Positions 9,931 to 21,870 are shown, counted from the stretch's first letter. The stretch is 64,000 nucleotides of DNA from Negativicutes bacterium (GCA_022840825.1 JALHDB010000001.1:134669-198668), one strand, 5' to 3'. Made by a program: numbers and translations. The notes: a model not told the origin generated them from the sequence alone.

Positions 9931-12417
9931 TTGAACGAAGAAGTAAAATACAGTCCGCATGATATTGAACGGAAATGGCAAAATGAATGGTTCGATAATA
10001 ATGTGTTTCATACTGTTATGAATCGCCAGCGTCCGGAATACTATGTGCTGGAAATGTTTCCGTATCCATCGGGTAATTTGCATATGGGTCATGTACGCAA
10101 CTATTCCATTGGCGATGTAGTGGCCAGATTTAAAACCATGCAAGGATTTAATGTGCTTCATCCGATGGGATGGGATGCATTCGGTATGCCAGCCGAAAAT
10201 GCTGCAATTAAAAATGGTATCCATCCTGCCAAATGGACGTGGGAAAACATAAAGAATATGCGCCGCCAACAAAAAGAATTGGGATTGTCCTATGATTGGG
10301 AACGGGAAGTCGCTACTTGTCATCCCGACTATTACAAATGGACGCAGTGGATGTTTTTACTGTTTTTTGAACGCGGTCTAGCTTATAAGAAAAAAGCAAC
10401 AGTAAATTGGTGTAACGATTGCAATACAGTTTTGGCTAATGAACAGGTTATCGATGGCCGTTGCTGGCGGTGTGATTCAGAGGTAGTTAAGAAGGACCTG
10501 GAACAGTGGTTTTTCAAAATTACAGATTATGCTGAAAGATTATTGCAAGACCTGGATGAGCTTAAAGGATGGCCTGATCGTGTTAAGATAATGCAGGAAA
10601 ACTGGATAGGGCGCAGCGAGGGAGCTGAATTCAGTTTTGATGTTCCGGATGTAAATGAAAAAATTCCCGTGTACACTACTCGTCAGGATACGGTATTCGG
10701 CGTTACTTATGTTGTATTGGCTCCGGAGCATCCATTAGTAGAAAAATTAATTGCCGGGAAATCTACCGCGCAACCGGTTCGTGATTTCATTGAACGAGTC
10801 AAGAAACAAAGTGAAATTAACCGAACTTCGAATGAAGCGGAAAAAGAGGGCATGTTTACCGGTGCTTACGCCGTAAATCCGTTTAATAATGAACGGGTGC
10901 CAATCTGGATCGCCAACTATGTATTATATGATTATGGTACCGGTGCGGTCATGGGTGTGCCGGCTCACGACGAACGCGACTGGCAGTTCGCAACCAAATA
11001 TCAATTAGAAAAACGGTTTGTTATCAAACCACATGATGCCAAACATGACATTCAATCCATGAATGAAGCTTATGATGGGCCGGGAATCATGATGAATTCG
11101 GGTGAATTTTCCGGCATGGATAATGAAAAGGGCAAGCAAGAAATTGTTCAGTGGCTAGAGGATAACGGTATCGGCAAGCGCCGAATCAATTATCGTTTGC
11201 GTGATTGGTTGATATCCCGTCAACGGTATTGGGGTGCTCCGATTCCGATCGTCTATTGTCCTAACTGTGGAACTGTCCCTGTTCCAGATCAGGATTTACC
11301 GGTTATGCTTCCGGAAAATGTTGATTTTGCAGCAGGCTCAGTATCTCCGCTGGCACAAGTCGAAGAGTTCGTAAATTGTACTTGTCCAAAATGCGGCGGA
11401 CAAGCACGGCGTGAAACTGATACAATGGATACGTTTATTTGTTCGTCATGGTACTATATGCGGTATACTGATCCGCGCAATGCTGATAAGGCTTTCGACA
11501 GTAATAAAGTCAACTACTGGATGCCTGTTGATCAATATATAGGCGGCATAGAACATGCTATTTTGCATTTGTTATATTCAAGGTTCTTCACTAAAGTACT
11601 GAAAGATGCAAATTTGCTCAATGTTAATGAACCGTTTAAAAATTTACTGACCCAGGGTATGGTTATTAAAGATGGCGCAAAAATGTCTAAGTCTAAAGGA
11701 AATGTTGTATCACCTGAAGAAATCGTCGGCCGTTATGGCGCTGATACTGCGCGGTTGTTTATTCTGTTCGCAGCTCCCCCGGAAAGAGACTTGGAGTGGA
11801 GTGACCAAGGTGTTGAAGGATCTTTTCGGTTTTTGGGACGGCTATGGCGTATCGTAACGCATTTTAATCAATATATTGATGGACACCTTAATGACTACGA
11901 TCCGACCGTACTCAGCAAAGAGGAAAAAGATTTAAGACGAATTTTGCATGCCACGATTAAGAAAGTCACTGACGACATTAGTCAACGATTTAATTTTAAT
12001 ACGGCAATTAGCGCAATTATGGAATTGGTAAATTATCTGTATGCATTTAAAGAATTAAACTTAGTACCGAATTCTGCGTTGATGAAAGAGGTCATAGCTG
12101 GCTTATTGCGGCTTCTTGCCCCGTTTGTGCCGCATATTACCGAAGAATTATGGAATCAGGCTATTGGTCAAGGAAGTGTACATAATCAATCATGGCCGGC
12201 TTATGACCAAGAAGCTATTAAAGTCGATGAAGTGGAAGTAGTTGTGCAAATCAATGGTAAAGTTCGTGAAAAAATAATTTTGCCGGTGGGCATTGATGCT
12301 AAAGAAATGGAACAAGCGGCTTTAGGTTTAGAAAAAGTGCAGGCATTGATTTCCGGAAAACAGATAGTAAGAGTAATTTGTGTTCCGCAAAAGATAGTGA
12401 ATATTGTTGTAAAGTAA
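9931..12417 (+). CDS. leuS: Leucine--tRNA ligase
   Basis: 828 aa with the HMGH and KMSKS (KMSKSKGN) class I signatures. It has a TTG start with RBS GGGAGGT. Confidence 0.95.
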   Translation: MNEEVKYSPHDIERKWQNEWFDNNVFHTVMNRQRPEYYVLEMFPYPSGNLHMGHVRNYSIGDVVARFKTMQGFNVLHPMGWDAFGMPAENAAIKNGIHPAKWTWENIKNMRRQQKELGLSYDWEREVATCHPDYYKWTQWMFLLFFERGLAYKKKATVNWCNDCNTVLANEQVIDGRCWRCDSEVVKKDLEQWFFKITDYAERLLQDLDELKGWPDRVKIMQENWIGRSEGAEFSFDVPDVNEKIPVYTTRQDTVFGVTYVVLAPEHPLVEKLIAGKSTAQPVRDFIERVKKQSEINRTSNEAEKEGMFTGAYAVNPFNNERVPIWIANYVLYDYGTGAVMGVPAHDERDWQFATKYQLEKRFVIKPHDAKHDIQSMNEAYDGPGIMMNSGEFSGMDNEKGKQEIVQWLEDNGIGKRRINYRLRDWLISRQRYWGAPIPIVYCPNCGTVPVPDQDLPVMLPENVDFAAGSVSPLAQVEEFVNCTCPKCGGQARRETDTMDTFICSSWYYMRYTDPRNADKAFDSNKVNYWMPVDQYIGGIEHAILHLLYSRFFTKVLKDANLLNVNEPFKNLLTQGMVIKDGAKMSKSKGNVVSPEEIVGRYGADTARLFILFAAPPERDLEWSDQGVEGSFRFLGRLWRIVTHFNQYIDGHLNDYDPTVLSKEEKDLRRILHATIKKVTDDISQRFNFNTAISAIMELVNYLYAFKELNLVPNSALMKEVIAGLLRLLAPFVPHITEELWNQAIGQGSVHNQSWPAYDQEAIKVDEVEVVVQINGKVREKIILPVGIDAKEMEQAALGLEKVQALISGKQIVRVICVPQKIVNIVVK

Positions 12418-12426
12418 ATACTACAA

Positions 12427-12458
12427 AACAAACCCGGACGGTCAGTCCGGGTTTGTTT
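12427..12458 (+). terminator. Bidirectional intrinsic terminator after leuS
   Basis: AAACCCGGAC-loop-GTCCGGGTTTGTTT. Confidence 0.8.
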
Positions 12459-12523
12459 AGCTCTTTAAGTCCTTTTAATTACTGGCGCTGGAAGCGGATA
12501 TCAGACTGAGTCTGGGATTTGGC

Positions 12524-12823
12524 TTATTTGCGCTTATTTTTTGGCTGGTGTTCATTTTGCGTTAATTGCTTGTTCTGAGGTTTAAACAAATAGTAATAAC
12601 CCAGTAACAATATTACTAACCCGATGGGGATTGCCCCCACCCAGTAACTGCGAGTGACAATGGTGAGAAAGTCATAGCCGATAACTGTTAACGGTACTAA
12701 GAACAATTGAGCATAGCGGCTTAGCCGGCTTTCACTGCCTAACAGCCGCAATAGTGTGCCATAGACTAAGATTGCAACACTAAAAGATACAAAGGAAAGA
12801 AAAATCAAATACAAGAAAAACAT
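12524..12823 (-). CDS. Small integral membrane protein (99 aa, 3 predicted TM segments)
   Basis: The RBS GAGGTG is 9 nt upstream of ATG at 12823. The protein is hydrophobic with a lysine-rich C-terminus. Confidence 0.5.
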   Translation of the reverse strand: MFFLYLIFLSFVSFSVAILVYGTLLRLLGSESRLSRYAQLFLVPLTVIGYDFLTIVTRSYWVGAIPIGLVILLLGYYYLFKPQNKQLTQNEHQPKNKRK

Positions 12824-12978
12824 GGAGTTAAGCACCTCATTTCAGAACTATAATGTTATAATACAACAAAAAAGTTGCCCTGTCATGCAAAGACATAATT
12901 TTACGCAATTTGGATGAATTTAGCAGGATAATGGATAATGCTGTAGAATTTGTAATTGTTTAGGAAGGAAGCGATCGA

Positions 12979-13584
12979 ATGGAAAAATACCGGACAAAGC
13001 TAATTTTTATTACCGTGCTGGCTTTGTGTATTACCATCGTAAGTTTCTACAGTCACTGGCAAAAAATGAACATACGGCAAAAAACACTTGTGCAACCGCC
13101 TGATGCGGTGGCAAGCGTTGTCGCCAAAGAAAGAAGTGAGACCGAAAAGTTTGTAATATATATCAGTGGTGCGGTTAATCAACCTGGTGTATATAAAATT
13201 GCAAACGGGACGCGGGTACTTGATGCGGTAAACCTTGCCGGCGGGTTGACACCTCAAGCAGATGTCGACAAAATAAACTTAGCCAAAAAACTCAAAGATG
13301 GCATGCATGTACATGTGGCAGAAAAGAAAATCAAAATAAGTACACGTGGAAAAAGTAATTCTAATCCTACCCAAACCGGAAATGGTCACAGCCAAATAAT
13401 AAATATCAATACAGCGGGTCAAGAGGAACTTGATAAATTGCCGGGCGTTGGTCCGGCTTTAGCTCAAAAAATCATTATTTACCGTCAAGAGCACGGTCGA
13501 TTTAATACATTCGATGATTTGCTGAAGGTTCCCGGAATTGGTCCGGCAAAGTTAGCCCGTCTAAGAGATAAAGTAATATTATGA
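12979..13584 (+). CDS. comEA: Competence protein ComEA (SLBB domain + helix-hairpin-helix DNA-binding domain)
   Basis: It has an N-terminal TM segment. The C-terminal HhH motifs read LDKLPGVGPALAQKII and LLKVPGIGPAKLARL. Confidence 0.9.
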   Translation: MEKYRTKLIFITVLALCITIVSFYSHWQKMNIRQKTLVQPPDAVASVVAKERSETEKFVIYISGAVNQPGVYKIANGTRVLDAVNLAGGLTPQADVDKINLAKKLKDGMHVHVAEKKIKISTRGKSNSNPTQTGNGHSQIININTAGQEELDKLPGVGPALAQKIIIYRQEHGRFNTFDDLLKVPGIGPAKLARLRDKVIL

Positions 13585-15932
13585 TTTTGTACAATGGTTT
13601 CCTATGTTGTCTGATTTCTTTTGCAGTTGGTGTCGGATTAGGCAGTCTCGTGTCGTGGAATTTGGTATACATATACGTTTTATTTGCAGTTATATTGTTG
13701 ATAGTTACGGGTGCAATTTACTGCAAAAAATATCAAGTTACCATTGGCGCGTTAATTTGTTTGTTTTTGGTAATGGGAACAATTCGTTTTATGCAGGATA
13801 ATACGGTAGCCGTTTCGGATATTAGTCATCTTGCCGGTACGAATGTTGCGGTGTGTGGTACGGTAGTTAAGGTTGGCCGAGAAATCAGTGAAACAAGTGA
13901 AACTTTAGTATCACAATATGATATCAATGCGAATTTTGTCCAAGATGGCAGTAAGATTTTACCGGTTAGCGGAGGTTTAAGGGTTTGGCTGCAACAAATA
14001 CCTGAGCATAAGTTAAACTTACTCCCAGGGGATAAAATTATAGTTCACGGTCAACTAAGGTTGCCTCATGGCTATAATAATCCAGGAACTATCGACATAA
14101 AAGGAGCCCTGCGGCGACAGGGAATTAGCGCAATAATTACAGCTAAACGCAATAATGTAGAGGTGAAGGAGCAGGGTTCGAAACAGGACTGGAGATATTG
14201 GTTGTATATTTGGCAAAACTATGTGCGTAAGCTAATGCACTCAGCTATGCCAACGGCTGATGCTGCAATATTATCCGGCATGATATTTGGAGGATACAGC
14301 GGAATTTCTCCAACAGTAGTAAAGGATTTTACAACTACAGGTATCGTGCATATACTATCTGTATCTGGCACGCATATTGCATTAGTGGCAGGTATTTTAT
14401 TTTGGTTAGGAAGAAAACTGCATTTTAGCGAATTACTTACAGCAATATGGGCGGCGGCGGCAGTTTGTTTATATGCTGTTATCAGTGGACTAACGCCCCC
14501 GGTTGTTCGTTCGGCAATTATGGGTTTGATGGCATTGGTGGCGGTTGCTTTGGGCCGGGAAAAAGATGCACCGCTTGCTTTGTTTTTCTCAGCGTTTATA
14601 ATGCTGCTTGATGAACCTTCGTTATTGTATGACATTAGTTTTCAGCTATCATTTTTTTCAACAGCGGGATTGGTTTTTTTATATAAAAAATGTTTAAATT
14701 TATTCTCATGGCTGCCTAAATTGGTGGCTGGGCCATTTGCGGTTACATTCGCTGCCCAGTTAGGGGTATTCCCGTTTATTGCTTGGTACTTTAACAATTT
14801 TTCAGCCAGTTCATTTGCAGCAAATTTAATTATTGTCCCTATTGTTGAAAGTGTAGTGATAATTGGACTGCTGGGCATCGGTGTCTCGCTAGTCAGCTTG
14901 ATAGCCGGGAAAGTTATTTTGGTTATTTGCAGCTTGTTGATTGGTTTGGTGATATTTTTAACGACGATACTTGCTCATGTTCCCGGTGCTAACGTTTATA
15001 TTCCGAGTATGAACTTGATCAGCGGATTGATTTATTACCTTATCATTAGCTGGATCTTTAGTAATGTAAACCTTAGCGGATATTTTAACCGAAGATATTT
15101 CGCAGCATTTATGTTACTATTAGTTGTAATAAGCGGATTATATTATAGTATTCATACCCCGGCTTTATCAGTTCATTTTATTGATGTTGGACAGGGAGAT
15201 GCTGCGCTAGTGGTAACACCACATGGCTGTAGTATACTTATTGATTCCGGCGGGAAGGCCGGACAAAGCCAATTCGATGTTGGCGAGCGAGTGGTTTTAC
15301 CATATCTGAAACATTATGGAGTAAGGCAGCTTGATTATCTTATGTTAACCCATGGGCATCAGGATCACGCCGGTGGAGCGGCAGCAATAGTCCGTGAATT
15401 GCCGGTCAAAAATGTGTTGGTGGCGCAAGAAAAGTTTACGGCGGCAATGCAGAACCTGTTGCGAAATGATTGGGTTACTATTATCCCGATGTTTAAAGGG
15501 CAGACGATTATCATTGATAATGTAGCTTTTAAGATTATTCATGCCGGCTTGACTCAACAGCATAAGGAAGGTAATGAGTTATCATGTGTGATTCGCGCGG
15601 AATATGGTCAACACAGTTTTTTATTTACAGGTGATTTAGACGCGAATGGCGAAAACGATTTGTTAAATGACAAAATCGACAAGGTTACTGTGCTTAAAGT
15701 TGGGCATCATGGTTCAAAGACGTCAACTCAGCAGGCCTTTGTATCGGCTTTATCACCCGCCTATGCCGTCATATCTGTCGGTTATAATAATCGATTTGGT
15801 CATCCGAGTACGGAAGTATTGCAACGGCTTCATAATAATCATATCAAGGTGTTTCGGACTGACGTACATGGTGCGGTCTTGTTCCGGTCGGATGGAGAAA
15901 AGCTCAGTGCTTATCCTTACATGAATGAATAG
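13581..15932 (+). CDS. comEC: DNA internalization competence protein ComEC/Rec2 (competence domain + metallo-beta-lactamase domain)
   Basis: 783 aa polytopic membrane protein. The C-terminal HGHQDHAGG metallo-beta-lactamase motif is present, and the start overlaps the comEA stop. Confidence 0.9.
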   Translation: MILYNGFLCCLISFAVGVGLGSLVSWNLVYIYVLFAVILLIVTGAIYCKKYQVTIGALICLFLVMGTIRFMQDNTVAVSDISHLAGTNVAVCGTVVKVGREISETSETLVSQYDINANFVQDGSKILPVSGGLRVWLQQIPEHKLNLLPGDKIIVHGQLRLPHGYNNPGTIDIKGALRRQGISAIITAKRNNVEVKEQGSKQDWRYWLYIWQNYVRKLMHSAMPTADAAILSGMIFGGYSGISPTVVKDFTTTGIVHILSVSGTHIALVAGILFWLGRKLHFSELLTAIWAAAAVCLYAVISGLTPPVVRSAIMGLMALVAVALGREKDAPLALFFSAFIMLLDEPSLLYDISFQLSFFSTAGLVFLYKKCLNLFSWLPKLVAGPFAVTFAAQLGVFPFIAWYFNNFSASSFAANLIIVPIVESVVIIGLLGIGVSLVSLIAGKVILVICSLLIGLVIFLTTILAHVPGANVYIPSMNLISGLIYYLIISWIFSNVNLSGYFNRRYFAAFMLLLVVISGLYYSIHTPALSVHFIDVGQGDAALVVTPHGCSILIDSGGKAGQSQFDVGERVVLPYLKHYGVRQLDYLMLTHGHQDHAGGAAAIVRELPVKNVLVAQEKFTAAMQNLLRNDWVTIIPMFKGQTIIIDNVAFKIIHAGLTQQHKEGNELSCVIRAEYGQHSFLFTGDLDANGENDLLNDKIDKVTVLKVGHHGSKTSTQQAFVSALSPAYAVISVGYNNRFGHPSTEVLQRLHNNHIKVFRTDVHGAVLFRSDGEKLSAYPYMNE

Positions 15933-15942
15933 AGGTAAATAA

Positions 15943-16953
15943 ATGGACTATGCCAAAGCTTACAGTCAAATTAAAACAGGAAAAATACAGCATATATACC
16001 TGATCAGTGGGCAAGAAAGATATATGGCATATGAATTGCAAAAAGCAATTATAACGGCATTGACAGGGTCTGACGAAGGATATTCAGGTCTGACAATATT
16101 CCAAGATGATCCGGATGTGGAGGATATGGTTCATTTGTTGGAATCGGTGCCGTTTATTGCCGATAAGAATGTCGTTGTCGTACAAGATACTAAGCTGTTC
16201 AAAGCTAAAAGTGACGGCCAGGAACAGGGCAAGCTGATTCGGGTTTTAGAAAATATGCCGGAATACAGTTATCTAATTTGGATGACTAAAGAAAACGCAG
16301 ACAAACGCCGCAAGTTATATAAATTGGTTGAAAAATTCGGTGCAATCATCGAAGTTAATTCTCTTAAACTTAATGAAGCCCGTCAATGGCTATATGGATA
16401 TTTGGAAAGTGCTGCGATAAAAATGAAGCCTGATGCTATGGACTATTTAATCAATATACTTAGTATAATGCCGGCAATTTCTTTGGGCTTCGTTGTTAAT
16501 GAACTGGAAAAATTATTTTTATATATTTATCCGGAAGAAACAATTAGCAGTGATGCGGTAAAAACTATGCTGGCAAAAGTTCCGGAAGTTTCAGTGTTTG
16601 CAATGTTAGAAGCCTTGAGTGAAAAAAATGTTGGCAAAGCGCTTAGTTTGTTGGATGAGCAGTTGAGAGACGGACAACATCCGCTAATAATAGTTTCTAT
16701 GCTTGCATATCAGGTCCGGCGATTATTGCAAACCAAAGAAATGGCCGGCAAAGGTCTGCCAAATGCCGAGCTTTCCCGCAGGTTAAAAGTACCTCTGTTT
16801 GTTGTTGATAAGCTGATTAAACAGAGCCGGGGGTTTGCGTTACCTAGGCTGAAACAAGCAATGATTGAATTGACCAAGGCCAATAGTGAAATTAAATTTA
16901 GCAGCAGCGGAACAGTTTCCTTAGAAAAAATCATAATAAGCATATGTAAATAA
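15943..16953 (+). CDS. holA: DNA polymerase III delta subunit
   Basis: 336 aa. It sits after comEC as in B. subtilis (yqeN) and has the delta-subunit architecture. Confidence 0.8.
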   Translation: MDYAKAYSQIKTGKIQHIYLISGQERYMAYELQKAIITALTGSDEGYSGLTIFQDDPDVEDMVHLLESVPFIADKNVVVVQDTKLFKAKSDGQEQGKLIRVLENMPEYSYLIWMTKENADKRRKLYKLVEKFGAIIEVNSLKLNEARQWLYGYLESAAIKMKPDAMDYLINILSIMPAISLGFVVNELEKLFLYIYPEETISSDAVKTMLAKVPEVSVFAMLEALSEKNVGKALSLLDEQLRDGQHPLIIVSMLAYQVRRLLQTKEMAGKGLPNAELSRRLKVPLFVVDKLIKQSRGFALPRLKQAMIELTKANSEIKFSSSGTVSLEKIIISICK

Positions 16954-16988
16954 AACCCTGTTCAAGAAATTGAACAGGGTTTTTATTA
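16953..16988 (+). terminator. Bidirectional terminator between holA and convergent rpsT
   Basis: AAAACCCTGTTCAA-loop-TTGAACAGGGTTTT. Confidence 0.8.
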
Positions 16989-17258
16989 TTTTGCTATGTT
17001 CATTTGATTAATGCGTTTAGCCAGACGGGATTTTTTCCGGGCTGCAGCATTTTTATGAATTACACCTTTAGCGACTGCTTTATCGATTACACTGCTAGCT
17101 TTGGACAGGAGGTTCTTCGCCTCTTCTGCATTGCCGGCTTCAGTCGAACCAAGAACTTTACGGGCAACGGTACGAACTACCGATCTGGTGGCAAAATTAT
17201 TGGCACGTCTTAATGCGTCTGTTTTTACACTACGTTCGGATGATTTAATATTTGGCAA
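16986..17258 (-). CDS. rpsT: 30S ribosomal protein S20
   Basis: The protein is basic and Ala/Lys-rich (ANIKSAEKRVK-type N-terminus; here PNIKSSERSVK). A TTG start is preceded by RBS GGAGGTG. Confidence 0.9.
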   Translation of the reverse strand: MPNIKSSERSVKTDALRRANNFATRSVVRTVARKVLGSTEAGNAEEAKNLLSKASSVIDKAVAKGVIHKNAAARKKSRLAKRINQMNIAK

Positions 17259-17435
17259 GTGCTTCACCTCCTTATGACCATTTCACCTACAATATTCTAG
17301 CATGTGAAAAAATAAAATGCAAGGATTTCCGAAAAAAGCTCGCATTTTTGGAAACAATAACTCAAAAAAGATTCAGAATAACCAGTATGTTATTTGGGAT
17401 AAGCTAGCAATAATGAAAAATGAGGAGTGATTGCC

Positions 17436-18404
17436 GTGAATTCATGGAGTACGCCGCGCACTGATTTAGCAGTTGAAGCTAAAGAATTGTTGTCCCGTCA
17501 GGTAAAAGAAGATATTCCCGGAGTATTGACCGAAACATTGCATGATGATGACGTAGTAGTAACAAGAGTGCATATTACAACCATTCAAGCCGGACAAATG
17601 ATGGGTAAAGCACCAGGTAACTATATTACGGTAGAATGTTATGGGCTGCGTTATAAAAATACACCGCTGCAAAAAAAAGTTATGAATTTGGTAGCACAAG
17701 AATTAGTAAATTTGGCAAAGCTGCCGTTGACAGCAACTGTTCTAGTTGTCGGATTGGGGAATTGGGATGTTACTCCGGATGCCTTAGGGCCAAGGGCAGT
17801 TAGCAAAATTGTAGTAACCCGCCATTTGCAAAAGATGTTGTCACCTGAGTTGCAAGGCGGTGTCAGATCAATGTGCGCTTTGGCTCCGGGAGTTCTTGGC
17901 AATACCGGCATGGAAACAGCCGAGATTATTAAGGGAGTAGTGACGGCAATTGGGCCTGATTTGGTAATAGCGGTTGATGCTTTGGCGGCGGCAACCAGTC
18001 ACCGTATGAATACGACGGTGCAATTGGCTAATTCAGGTATTCATCCGGGATCAGGAGTTGGAAATAAACGATTTGGTTTAACACAGGATTATCTGGGAGT
18101 CCCGGTTATTGCCATAGGTGTTCCTACGGTGGTGCATGCCTCAACTATTGCCATGGACACATTGGATACGTTACAAGATCATGCTGCCTTTTCACGTTAT
18201 TTTAAAAGTATGCAAAACCTTTCCGAACATGATCAGCGTACGATTGTGAGGCAGGTATTACCTGATACATTGGGTGATCTGATGGTAACGCCCAAAGAAA
18301 TAGACCGGCTGATCAATGATATGGCTGATATAGTTGCCGGTGGAATCAATCAAGCGATGCACCCCAATATCGATTACAAAAATATTCATAACTACTTGCA
18401 TTAG
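17436..18404 (+). CDS. gpr: Germination protease (spore endopeptidase)
   Basis: Full-length GPR homologue. A GTG start lies 8 nt after RBS GAGGAG. Confidence 0.85.
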   Translation: MNSWSTPRTDLAVEAKELLSRQVKEDIPGVLTETLHDDDVVVTRVHITTIQAGQMMGKAPGNYITVECYGLRYKNTPLQKKVMNLVAQELVNLAKLPLTATVLVVGLGNWDVTPDALGPRAVSKIVVTRHLQKMLSPELQGGVRSMCALAPGVLGNTGMETAEIIKGVVTAIGPDLVIAVDALAAATSHRMNTTVQLANSGIHPGSGVGNKRFGLTQDYLGVPVIAIGVPTVVHASTIAMDTLDTLQDHAAFSRYFKSMQNLSEHDQRTIVRQVLPDTLGDLMVTPKEIDRLINDMADIVAGGINQAMHPNIDYKNIHNYLH

Positions 18405-18498
18405 AAATACTTGTCCTGCTGTATTCGTCAAACAGTACTAGGTTTTTACTGCTAAGCATATACATCGTATGTAAACAGATGTATGGGAGGCAGTAACC

Positions 18499-19497
18499 GT
18501 GAAATTGCCTAATTGGCTAAAACCGCTATTGTTTGTGGTTCCGTTTTTTGTATTTATAATCTGTGCAAGCCATACGGCAGCTATGGATAAATCTCTAATG
18601 CCTTCGATTGCTATCAAATGGAGTAATGTCCTATTTTTAGGCATACCCGGATTAGAGCAAACGAAACAAGATCCTGCTAAAAGTGAGACTTTTACTTTTA
18701 GCAGGATGAAAATACTTCGCAATATGATTTTATCGATTACCGATATTGATATTGGCAACTTAAAAACGCTGATGAGTATTGAGATAGCGGGGCTGTCAAG
18801 TACTTCGCCCGGGAAAAAGACCGTAACAGTTACGTCAGTACCAAATAAGGCTAATTTTACGATAAGAAAAATGAATTTGAGTGGTAAACCGATCGTCGGC
18901 ATTTATCATACTCATACTTCAGAGTCGTTCGTTCCTTCATCCGGTTACTCCCACCGGCGGGGGGGAAATACCGGCGATATTGTGACGGTTGGTGAGGCCG
19001 CTGTACAAAGATTTGCTACAAACGGCATTGTTGCTGTTCAGAGTAAAGCGATTCATGACTATCCGTCATTTATGAAAGCATATAGTGCATCAGAAGCTAC
19101 GATCAAAAAAATGCTGCAGGATCACTCGGCTCTGGAAATGATTTTTGACATCCACCGTGATGCGGATAAGCGGGAGAACATTACGGCGATGGTTGATAAT
19201 CAGGAAACCGCTAAAATTCTCATTGTTGTTGCGCAGGGGCAACCGGATTTACCGCAGCCTCATTGGGAAGAAAATTATGCATTTGCTCAACTGATTGATA
19301 AAAAGTTACAGCAACATTATCCGGGTGTTTCGCGGGGGATTCAATTAGTTGATTGGCGCTATAATCAGCATTTGCATCGCCGGGCGTTGCTAATTGAGGT
19401 CGGCAGTCAGGAGTCGACCACTGAAGAAGCTATTCGCAGCATTGAAATGTTTGCTGATGTTGTTTCGGAAATAATCGCAGAAGGCAGTGAATTTTAA
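18499..19497 (+). CDS. spoIIP: Stage II sporulation protein P
   Basis: The position after gpr matches B. subtilis. It has an N-terminal membrane anchor and the SpoIIP amidase-like domain. Confidence 0.85.
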   Translation: MKLPNWLKPLLFVVPFFVFIICASHTAAMDKSLMPSIAIKWSNVLFLGIPGLEQTKQDPAKSETFTFSRMKILRNMILSITDIDIGNLKTLMSIEIAGLSSTSPGKKTVTVTSVPNKANFTIRKMNLSGKPIVGIYHTHTSESFVPSSGYSHRRGGNTGDIVTVGEAAVQRFATNGIVAVQSKAIHDYPSFMKAYSASEATIKKMLQDHSALEMIFDIHRDADKRENITAMVDNQETAKILIVVAQGQPDLPQPHWEENYAFAQLIDKKLQQHYPGVSRGIQLVDWRYNQHLHRRALLIEVGSQESTTEEAIRSIEMFADVVSEIIAEGSEF

Positions 19498-19975
19498 ATT
19501 GTATAATGGTTTGAAAAAAAAGGATTTATTGATTATTGCCCGCAGTTTATCGGTGTTATTTTTGACCGCTGTTTTAGGAATCATCATTGCCGAGAGACAG
19601 ATGAATTCTTTAACCCACTGGCATAAAACGGTACAAGCATTCTCGATTACCCGTTGGTATAATGGAACATATTGCTTATGTTTATTTGGACGTCTTTATT
19701 CAATCAATGGTTTGTACATTGTTGGCAGTTTTGTTAATATGAATGACAAAATCAACTTTATTATCGGCGGAACGGAATTTGCTATGCCAATAAAACTGTA
19801 TTTTGATATAAATGTTTTACTTAACTTAATACAGGATATTTATCAATGGGTAGAACATATTATAATTGGGGTTGCTGTCAGGATGTATGAATTGGCAAGG
19901 CAGTTACGACCGTACATTAACAAATTGTCAGAATGTTGGCGGATGATAGTAGATATATTGTTCCGTTATGTGTAA
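19487..19975 (+). CDS. Questionable ORF in the yqxA position (small membrane-anchored protein, or a non-coding AT-rich spacer)
   Basis: No convincing RBS. The region is AT-rich and the C-terminal half is Trp/Cys/Arg-rich and un-protein-like. Only the N-terminal hydrophobic segment looks genuine. Confidence 0.25.
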   Translation: MNFKLYNGLKKKDLLIIARSLSVLFLTAVLGIIIAERQMNSLTHWHKTVQAFSITRWYNGTYCLCLFGRLYSINGLYIVGSFVNMNDKINFIIGGTEFAMPIKLYFDINVLLNLIQDIYQWVEHIIIGVAVRMYELARQLRPYINKLSECWRMIVDILFRYV

Positions 19976-20066
19976 TACACGTTCTGCTTGCAGGCTGGCA
20001 GAAACAGATGATATAATTTATAACAGTAATTTTATCTGTACTTGGATATCAGAGAGGAGGCCTGCT

Positions 20067-21863
20067 GTGAATACCGCACATATCCGCAATTTTTCTATTA
20101 TTGCTCATATCGATCATGGTAAATCAACCTTAGCTGATCGTTTATTGGAATATACCGGCACACTCTCTGCCCGCGAAATGGAAGAGCAGGTTCTGGATCA
20201 AATGGATTTGGAACGGGAACGGGGCATTACGATTAAGGCCCAAGCAGTTCGGCTGGAATATACGGCTAAGAACGGTGAGAAATACATGTTAAACCTAATT
20301 GATACACCGGGACATGTTGACTTTACATACGAAGTATCACGAAGTTTAGCCGCTTGTGAAGGTGCTTTGCTTGTAATTGATGCTGCCCAAGGTATTGAAG
20401 CTCAGACGCTGGCCAATGTTTACATGGCGCTGGAACATGATTTGGAAATTATTCCGGTTATCAATAAAATTGATTTGCCAAGTGCTGACCCTGATAAGGT
20501 CAAACGGGAAGTAGAAGATGTAATTGGAATTGATGCTTCTGAGGCAATATTAGTAAGCGCCAAGTCTGGCTTGGGAATTGAAGATGTATTAGAGGCTATC
20601 GTCCAAAAGATACCACCGCCCCAAGGTACGGCTGAGACTCCGCTCCGGGCGTTGATTTTTGATTCCCATTTTGATTCATATAAAGGCGTTATTGCCTATG
20701 TTCGAGTTGTGGACGGAATAATTACACCGGGAATGAAAATTAAGATGATGGCAACCAATAAAACTTTTGAAGTTACCGAAATCGGAGTATTTCGTCCGGT
20801 TATGACTAATGTTGATATGCTGGGACCAGGTCAGGTAGGTTTTTTGGCTGCCAGCATTAAAAATGTAAAAGATACTCGGGTTGGCGATACCATAACCGGG
20901 GCGGATTATCCTGCTGAACAGCCATTGCCGGGGTATCGAAAAATTACGCCGATGGTATATTGCGGTCTATACCCGGTAGAAAGTTCTGAATATGATACGT
21001 TGCGCGATGCTTTGGAAAAATTAAAGTTAAATGATGCCGCTTTAGTATTTGAACCGGAAACTTCAGTTGCTTTAGGTTTCGGTTTTCGGTGCGGTTTTTT
21101 AGGTTTGCTGCACATGGATGTAATTCAAGAAAGATTAGAGCGAGAATATAATTTAACTTTGATTACGACTGCCCCTAATGTTATTTATCAAGTGTATAAA
21201 ACTGACGGGCAGGTATTGGAAATTGATAATCCGTCTAAACTACCGCAGCCGACGGAGATTGACCACATCGAGGAACCTTATGTAAAAGCAACGGTCATCG
21301 TTCCTACCGATTATGTCGGCGCAGTAATGGAGCTGTCTCAGGAAAAACGCGGCGAGTTTAAAGATATGACCTACTTGGATTCTACCAGGGTTATGCTTGT
21401 TTATCATCTGCCGCTAAGCGAAATCATTTATGATTATTTTGACCGTTTAAAATCTTCCACCCGGGGATATGCTTCATTGGATTATGAACTGCGGGGTTAT
21501 GAGCAGTCCAAATTAGTAAAACTGGACATTTTGTTGAACGGTGATCCGGTTGATGCCTTGTCGGCAATTGTGCACCAAGATAAGGCTACCTATCGGGGAC
21601 GGCAGTTGGCCGAAAAACTGCGGGGTATAATTCCGCGACAGATGTTTGAAATACCTATTCAGGCTGCTATTGGTAATAAAATTATAGCACGGGAGACTGT
21701 TCGTGCAATGCGTAAAGATGTATTGGCAAAATGCTACGGTGGTGATATCAGCCGAAAACGAAAATTGCTGGAGAAACAAAAAGAAGGCAAAAAACGTATG
21801 AAGCAAGTCGGCAGTGTGGAGATACCGCAAGAAGCATTTATGGCTATTTTGAAAATGGATTAG
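20067..21863 (+). CDS. lepA: Elongation factor 4 (LepA)
   Basis: A GTG start follows RBS GAGGAGG. The G1 motif AHIDHGKST and the LepA C-terminal domain are present. The ORF-track start at 19968 is an extension. Confidence 0.95.
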   Translation: MNTAHIRNFSIIAHIDHGKSTLADRLLEYTGTLSAREMEEQVLDQMDLERERGITIKAQAVRLEYTAKNGEKYMLNLIDTPGHVDFTYEVSRSLAACEGALLVIDAAQGIEAQTLANVYMALEHDLEIIPVINKIDLPSADPDKVKREVEDVIGIDASEAILVSAKSGLGIEDVLEAIVQKIPPPQGTAETPLRALIFDSHFDSYKGVIAYVRVVDGIITPGMKIKMMATNKTFEVTEIGVFRPVMTNVDMLGPGQVGFLAASIKNVKDTRVGDTITGADYPAEQPLPGYRKITPMVYCGLYPVESSEYDTLRDALEKLKLNDAALVFEPETSVALGFGFRCGFLGLLHMDVIQERLEREYNLTLITTAPNVIYQVYKTDGQVLEIDNPSKLPQPTEIDHIEEPYVKATVIVPTDYVGAVMELSQEKRGEFKDMTYLDSTRVMLVYHLPLSEIIYDYFDRLKSSTRGYASLDYELRGYEQSKLVKLDILLNGDPVDALSAIVHQDKATYRGRQLAEKLRGIIPRQMFEIPIQAAIGNKIIARETVRAMRKDVLAKCYGGDISRKRKLLEKQKEGKKRMKQVGSVEIPQEAFMAILKMD

Positions 21864-21870
21864 GATTGCT

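Noticed and set aside
17204-17220. TGGCACGTCTTAATGC, a sequence matching the sigma-54 -24/-12 spacing (GG-N10-GC), oriented toward gpr
   Set aside because: It lies inside the rpsT coding sequence on the opposite strand. gpr is forespore sigmaF/G-dependent in all studied spore-formers. A single chance match is expected in 64 kb.
17330-17420. Possible forespore sigmaG promoter for gpr (GTATG-N18-CAATAAT)
   Set aside because: The -10 does not match CATNNTA well, so I could not support it from sequence alone.
19968-20066. ORF-track N-terminal extension of lepA
   Set aside because: The conserved LepA N-terminus starts at GTG 20067, directly after RBS GAGGAGG. The upstream extension is AT-rich non-coding sequence.
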